Shown here: piece by piece, positions 59,072 through 64,000 of the stretch | How the letters are laid out: each line of letters begins with the position of its first letter | Position numbering within the stretch: position 1 is the stretch's first letter | Origin: an uncultured Thermoleophilia bacterium | GTDB taxonomy: Bacteria > Actinomycetota > Thermoleophilia > UBA2241 | Reading direction: 5' to 3' | NCBI GenBank assembly: GCA_963702475.1 | Contig: CAVPCT010000003.1 | Location: 928,001 to 992,000 of the forward strand | Length of the DNA stretch: 64,000 nucleotides | The notes under the pieces: generated by a model | What the model saw: the letters and a program-made list of their open reading frames with translations, nothing else | What the model was told of the DNA's origin: nothing | Databases searched by the model: none | Made by a program: the position numbers and the translations under genes

Positions 59072-59559
59072 GCCTCAACGGGTCGGGCCGCAAGGCCTGC
59101 CCACGCAGGGAGGGGATGCAAAGGTTTCCCCCTCGATCGGCGTTCCTAGTGTGTCGCACCAAGGAGGTGACTGCTACTGCCGGAGAAGGAAGCACGAGGC
59201 TCGCGTCGTAGAGAGACACCTGACAGAGTCGATCTGGAGGTCGCTCGACCTTGAGAACCCCCCTACCGACCATCCATACAGTCCACGTTCACGGGGTCAT
59301 ACTGGACTCGCCCAACGTGCGCGTTATAGAGTCTTCACCTGTGTGGAGTCAGTCAACAAGGGGGCGCGCCGGCTGTTCGTGCAGCGACAGGCGGAGCGTC
59401 AAAGCGGGTCAGGCATGACCCCGACTCAGGCGGGAAGTGCTCTGCAAGCGAGCCTAGGAGGTGGTCGTGTCGTGAAAAACACATGCGTCCCCGTGGGTGC
59501 GTCATCCCACGTCAGCTTGGCTCAAAGCCATCGTGTTGAACCATTCAGGAGGTCGTAAC

Positions 59560-62500
59560 ATGCAGCAACCGAAACGTCGGAGTAAGAGAGGAGTGATCCT
59601 CCTTGCGGTGGTGGTGGCCCTGCTCGTCATGGCCGTGCTGCCTGCGTCTGCGTTCGCCGTCGACAACACCGCAATCGTCAATGACGGCGCCCCAGTCGCG
59701 AACGATCTCACCGTGAAGTTCACGTACGCTTCAGCGAGCGCTACCGCCAACTGGGTGTCCTTCTGGGTGCGCGGCCGCCACGGTCCGGCCGGTGCCTGGA
59801 CCGTCTGGACTCAGGCCAAGGTCTCGGGTTCGACCGACGTCTACTACGCGTACCCGAACGGTACGACGCAGTCCAAGATGGTCAGGCTCCCGAACATCGC
59901 CGGCTTCTGGGCGGACGGCGACCAGTTCCAGGTCGCGGCCGAGTTCTACAGCGGAATCCCAATCATCGTCGGCTGGGTGGAGTCGCAGGTCGTGACGCTC
60001 GACTTCAACGGTCCGCCCGTGTCTGTTCTCGAGCTCGATGCGTGGGCCGGGTGGCATCCCGGTCGCGGTGGCATCCTCTGGACGAACGGCGACGATGCCC
60101 TGCACGGTCCGGGTGACGTCTGGGGTACCTTCGGCCAGAAGTGGAACGCCCCCATGGGCACCACGCACTGGGTCGTCACCAAGAACAACGACGCGTCTGT
60201 GGTCAAGACCCCCATCACGTGGGTCCCTTGGGGCACTCCCTACACCAGTTCGGTCAACGACAAGGTGCTCGTCGAGGAGCCCAACCCGAACGCTCTGCTC
60301 AATCCCAAGCCGAGGTACTCGGCTGACGGCGTGTACCAGATCCAGCATTGGGCCGTCGACATGTTCGGCCAGCGGCAGGTCACCGACAGCTACGACACGT
60401 TCGGGTACGACACCAAGTCCCCGTACGTCGTCTGGCAGTGGCCCGCCACCACCACCGGTTACTACACCGGCAACATCGCGGTCATGGGCGACATCATCGA
60501 CGACGGCGGCTCCGGCGTGGCCGGGTACTTCGCCTGGGCGCCCTTCGCCCCCACCGATCAGATGCCCGTCCACTTCAGCCCCAAGGCTGTCGTGATGTGG
60601 AAGAGCGCAGAGACCGGCGGTGAGTGGATGCCGTGGGAGAACTGGAGCACCACCAATATCGTCTCCCAGCAGAAGCCTCTCAAGGTCCAGATCAACGCGT
60701 TCGACCACTACAGCTGGCACATCAGCGGCGAGATCTGGGTCAAGCCGTACTACAACGCGGAGTACGCTGTCTGGGTCACCGGCGGCGACTACGCCGGCAA
60801 CGACGGCTTCCCGCTTCATGACTGGCTCCTGGCCGAGGCTCCGAAGGCCGCCCAGGCCAAGGGTGCCGACGCCGGCGAGAACACCATCGGCTGGGGCATC
60901 CCGGGTCAGGGCGTCGTCGTCGTCGACAACATGGCGCCGAGCACCATCATGAGCTGGGTCGACCCCGCCAGCGCCTCCAGTGCTGTCGTGACGGCGAACG
61001 GCATCGGCACCTGGACCAACAAGGAAGTCACCCTCAACTTCGTCGCCAGTGATACCGGCGGTTCCGGCATCGGCTCCGGGGTGGACTACACCGAGTACAT
61101 CGTCGGCCACTCCGCCACCACCCCGCCGGTCCTCAGCGCCAGCGGCACCAAGGGCACTTCTGTCACCATCAAGGATCCGGCTCCTACGGGTCCGGTCTAC
61201 GTGTGGTTCCGCTCGGTCGACAAGGTCGGCAATAGGGAAGCCTGGAACCTGTCGTGGGTCTACTTCGACAACAAGGGCCCTGTGCTCAGCATCGGCGGCA
61301 ACGCTCCTTGGTACAACGACGAGTTCTCCGTCGTGCTGAGCGCCACCGACGCCAACTCCAAGCTCGCTGCTCCTGGCATCGAGTACCAGGTCCCCGGCTG
61401 GCCCATGCCGTGGCTGCTCCCGCACTCGGGCACGCTCATCCCGACCGTGTGGACCCCGCTGAGCCAGAACCCCGGCACCGTGTGGTTCCCGGTCGATGCG
61501 TATCCGAACAGCCGCACCGACGGCATGTGGCAGCTGCAGTTCCGCGCTACCGACCAGGCCAAGAACGCGGCTGAGTCCACCACCCAGACCGTCAAGATCG
61601 ACACCCGTCCGCCCGCGACCGCCGGTGCTGCCACCTACGGTCAGGAGATGTGGTACAACGGCACCAAGCCGTACCAGCTGATCGCCACCGACCAGAATCC
61701 TGGCGCCGGCGTGAAGGTGACTTGGTACCGCGTCGATCAGGGCACGCCGTGGAAGGCCAACGTGACCACGAGCACTGCGCCTGTGGTCCTCACGACAGAC
61801 GTGAGCATCGGCACTCCTGCCCAGGGTTCGGTCCACACGGTCGACTTCTTCTCGATCGACAACGCGACCAACCCGGCGGGCATCGCGGCCGCGAAGCAGA
61901 CCCCGAACCCGATCCCCTATCCTGGCAACTGGGAGAAGGGCGTCGTCGTGGGGTGGGCTCCGATCCCGCTTCATCCGTACATCAACATCACGTCCGTGAC
62001 CGCCTACAAGAGCACCACCATCAAGGCCGACGTCACGGCTCCGGCGGTCACCGCCATGGATCCGAAGAACGGCAACTGGCAGAAGCCGCTCGCTACCGTG
62101 AACTTCGCGGGCACCGACGTCGGCTCCGGCTACAACCACACTGAGTGGAGCACCGACGGCGGCACCACCTGGACCAAGGGTGAGCAGGCCCAGGTCGGCG
62201 GCGACGGCGAGATCACCATCACCTACCGCGGTGTCGACAACGTCGGCCTCATGTCGGCGAACCAGACCATCGTGGTCAAGGTCGCCAGCACCCCGCCGAC
62301 CGTGACGGCTCAGAACGCGAGGGCGAGGGCCGGGAAGCTCTGGAAGAACCCGACCATCACCTTCAACATCACCGCCGTGACGCCGAAGGCCACCGCGGTC
62401 ATGCAGATCCGCACGCTGAACGGCCAGCACCATCAGCACGCACCAGTACGCGAATGTGCCGACCGGTGTCGACGTCAGCAGGACGTTCACCATGACCACT

Positions 62501-62603
62501 GCCGCTGAAGGCTGGCAAGTACAACATCCGCGTCGGCGCCATCGATGAGGCCGGCAACGTGGAAACCAAGCGTGGTACTGCCAAGCTGACGGTCACCAAG
62601 TAA
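59560..62603 (+). CDS. Large secreted beta-rich repeat protein (S-layer/Ig-like candidate); two apparent frameshifts near 62430 and 62500
   Basis: Signal peptide ending AFA; repeated (A/S)xDxxGN and D.GSG modules; T/G/V/W-rich; C-terminus ...AIDEAGNVETKRGTAKLTVTK* lies in another frame. Confidence 0.75.
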
Positions 62604-62636
62604 GTCACGACCGCCTTCATTCGAAGGCAGCTGCAG

Positions 62637-62670
62637 TGGGCGGGGCGCCGAAAGGCGCCCCGCCCATTTA
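62637..62670 (+). terminator. Intrinsic terminator
   Basis: TGGGCGGGGCGCC-GAAA-GGCGCCCCGCCCA-TTT. Confidence 0.8.
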
Positions 62671-62769
62671 ACGTTCCTGTAGGTGGTGCGGGTCTGACGA
62701 CCTGGCGGCGGCGTACAAGGCGAAGCGGTCCGCCGCCGGAGCAGCACGGCGAGTGTGAGGAGGCGGCTC

Positions 62770-64000
62770 ATGCGCAGCTCTATCAAGACGTCCAGGAAGG
62801 TTGTCGTCGTCGCGTGTCTCGTGGGCCTGGCGGCGGTCGCTCTGGCCGGGATCACCCAGGCGAGGGCGGTGCAGGGAGCCGTCGATCCGGGCGACCCGGG
62901 CCGCGAAGGCAAAGGCCTCATCGTCGGCGACATCGTCTCGTTCGATCCGTCCTCGGTAGGGGCAGGGCACGCCGCCTTCACGCTGTGGATCCACCTGGAC
63001 TCGGCGATCTCGGCTGTTCCCTCGTGGACCGTCGGGTTCGGCTCCGCCTCGCTCTCCGCGGAGGCTTCGACGACCGCGGCGGTGCGGGTCACGGTCCCGG
63101 CGAGCGAGGTCGACACGGCCGGACCAGTCTCGGTGTTCGTGAGCGACGGCACTACGGCGTGGAACGGCGTGTTCACCGTCACATCCGGCGCACCGGTGGT
63201 GACGAGCATCGTCCCCGACGTCGTGGCGGCCTACGGCAATGCATTCACGTTGAGGGTGAACGGGTCCAACTTCGCGACGGGTTCCTCCCCGGCGTATGTC
63301 ACTCTGGACGGGGTGGCCCTGGTGCCGGCCTCTGGTGACCCGGTCAACCCAACTGCCGTGCTGTTCGCCACGGTGACGAAGACGATGATCTCCACCGTAG
63401 GGACTCACTCCATCCGTGTGGTCAACCCCGCTCCCGGAGGCGGTGTGGAGTCGAACGCGCGGACGCTCACAGTGAGTGGCCCCGTGTTCACCGCTGTGAC
63501 GCCGTCCACGGGCGCGAACACGAACTCAGCGCTGACCATCGAGCTCACAGGGACGGACCTCAATCTGGCGTCGTCCCCCATCGTTCGCCTGAAGGGCGCC
63601 GACACCGGCAATGCGGCTGCGACCATCACGGCCGCCAACGTGACCTACGTGCCTCCGCCGGCCGGGGGCACCACCGGGACCATCAGGGGTACGCTCAACC
63701 TGGCTAATCCGAGCGGGGGCACGCCGGCCACACCGGCCCCCGCCGGCAAATACGACGTCACACTCGTCTTCAACCAGGACGGGGAGAAGTCGCTCACGCG
63801 GGCCATGGCATTCGAGGTCACCGGGCCGTCCATCACCGCGGTGACGCCGGCGACGGCCTCCAACGGCTCCACCAACGTCCTCGTCACGCTCACGGGGACG
63901 GGCCTGTTCGGGTTGACCAGCCCCACCGTGACTCTCAAGGGCCCCGGGACCTCGGGGAGCACGATCGTCACCGGCACCGGCGTTTCTGCGACCGCCGACG
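62770..64000 (+). CDS. Secreted IPT/TIG repeat protein (partial, runs off the window)
   Basis: ATG at 62770 with GAGGAGG; signal peptide; PVVTSIVP, FTLRVNGSNF, VVNPAPGGG and PSITAVTP repeats; frame open to the end. Confidence 0.8.
   Translation, partial: MRSSIKTSRKVVVVACLVGLAAVALAGITQARAVQGAVDPGDPGREGKGLIVGDIVSFDPSSVGAGHAAFTLWIHLDSAISAVPSWTVGFGSASLSAEASTTAAVRVTVPASEVDTAGPVSVFVSDGTTAWNGVFTVTSGAPVVTSIVPDVVAAYGNAFTLRVNGSNFATGSSPAYVTLDGVALVPASGDPVNPTAVLFATVTKTMISTVGTHSIRVVNPAPGGGVESNARTLTVSGPVFTAVTPSTGANTNSALTIELTGTDLNLASSPIVRLKGADTGNAAATITAANVTYVPPPAGGTTGTIRGTLNLANPSGGTPATPAPAGKYDVTLVFNQDGEKSLTRAMAFEVTGPSITAVTPATASNGSTNVLVTLTGTGLFGLTSPTVTLKGPGTSGSTIVTGTGVSATAD

Noticed and set aside
59078-59480. 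c-di-GMP or c-di-AMP riboswitch in the long leader
   Set aside because: GNRA-capped hairpins are present, but the conserved cores of these riboswitches could not be matched by eye.

Overview
High-GC actinobacterial DNA, probably from an anaerobic Thermoleophilia-like genome. That assignment is inferred from the ftsEX-M23-S41-rnr-smpB, murI-rph-rdgB and pfkB-guaB3-guaA synteny, a small Cys4 protein and a 4-hydroxybutyrate operon. Core blocks (0-12.6 kb and 36-59 kb) flank an accessory region (12.65-35.6 kb) that starts just after tRNA-Arg(CCG). The accessory region contains: (i) decayed gene fragments and diverged duplicates (radical SAM, ABC permease, EamA, PCD, a membrane protein); (ii) an indel-rich DHH / mevalonate-kinase-like / HAD / ABC-importer cassette; (iii) the best candidate for an undescribed system, a five-gene lipid cluster. 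The cluster pairs an LstAB/NltAB-type split OleA (one complete, one catalytically degenerate KAS-III) with OleB, OleC and OleD, and sits between two paralogous ABC export permeases next to a radical SAM gene. Other highlights: an M-box riboswitch over a soluble MgtE-N/CBS protein and an NRAMP-related transporter; a candidate ~105-nt small RNA followed by a ferredoxin that appears to start at CTG; a terminator-containing leader before guaB3-guaA; an atypical PII after gdhA; and a ~480-nt structured leader before a large S-layer-like gene. No CRISPR array, intact integrase or transposase was seen. All calls were made by eye, with no database searches.
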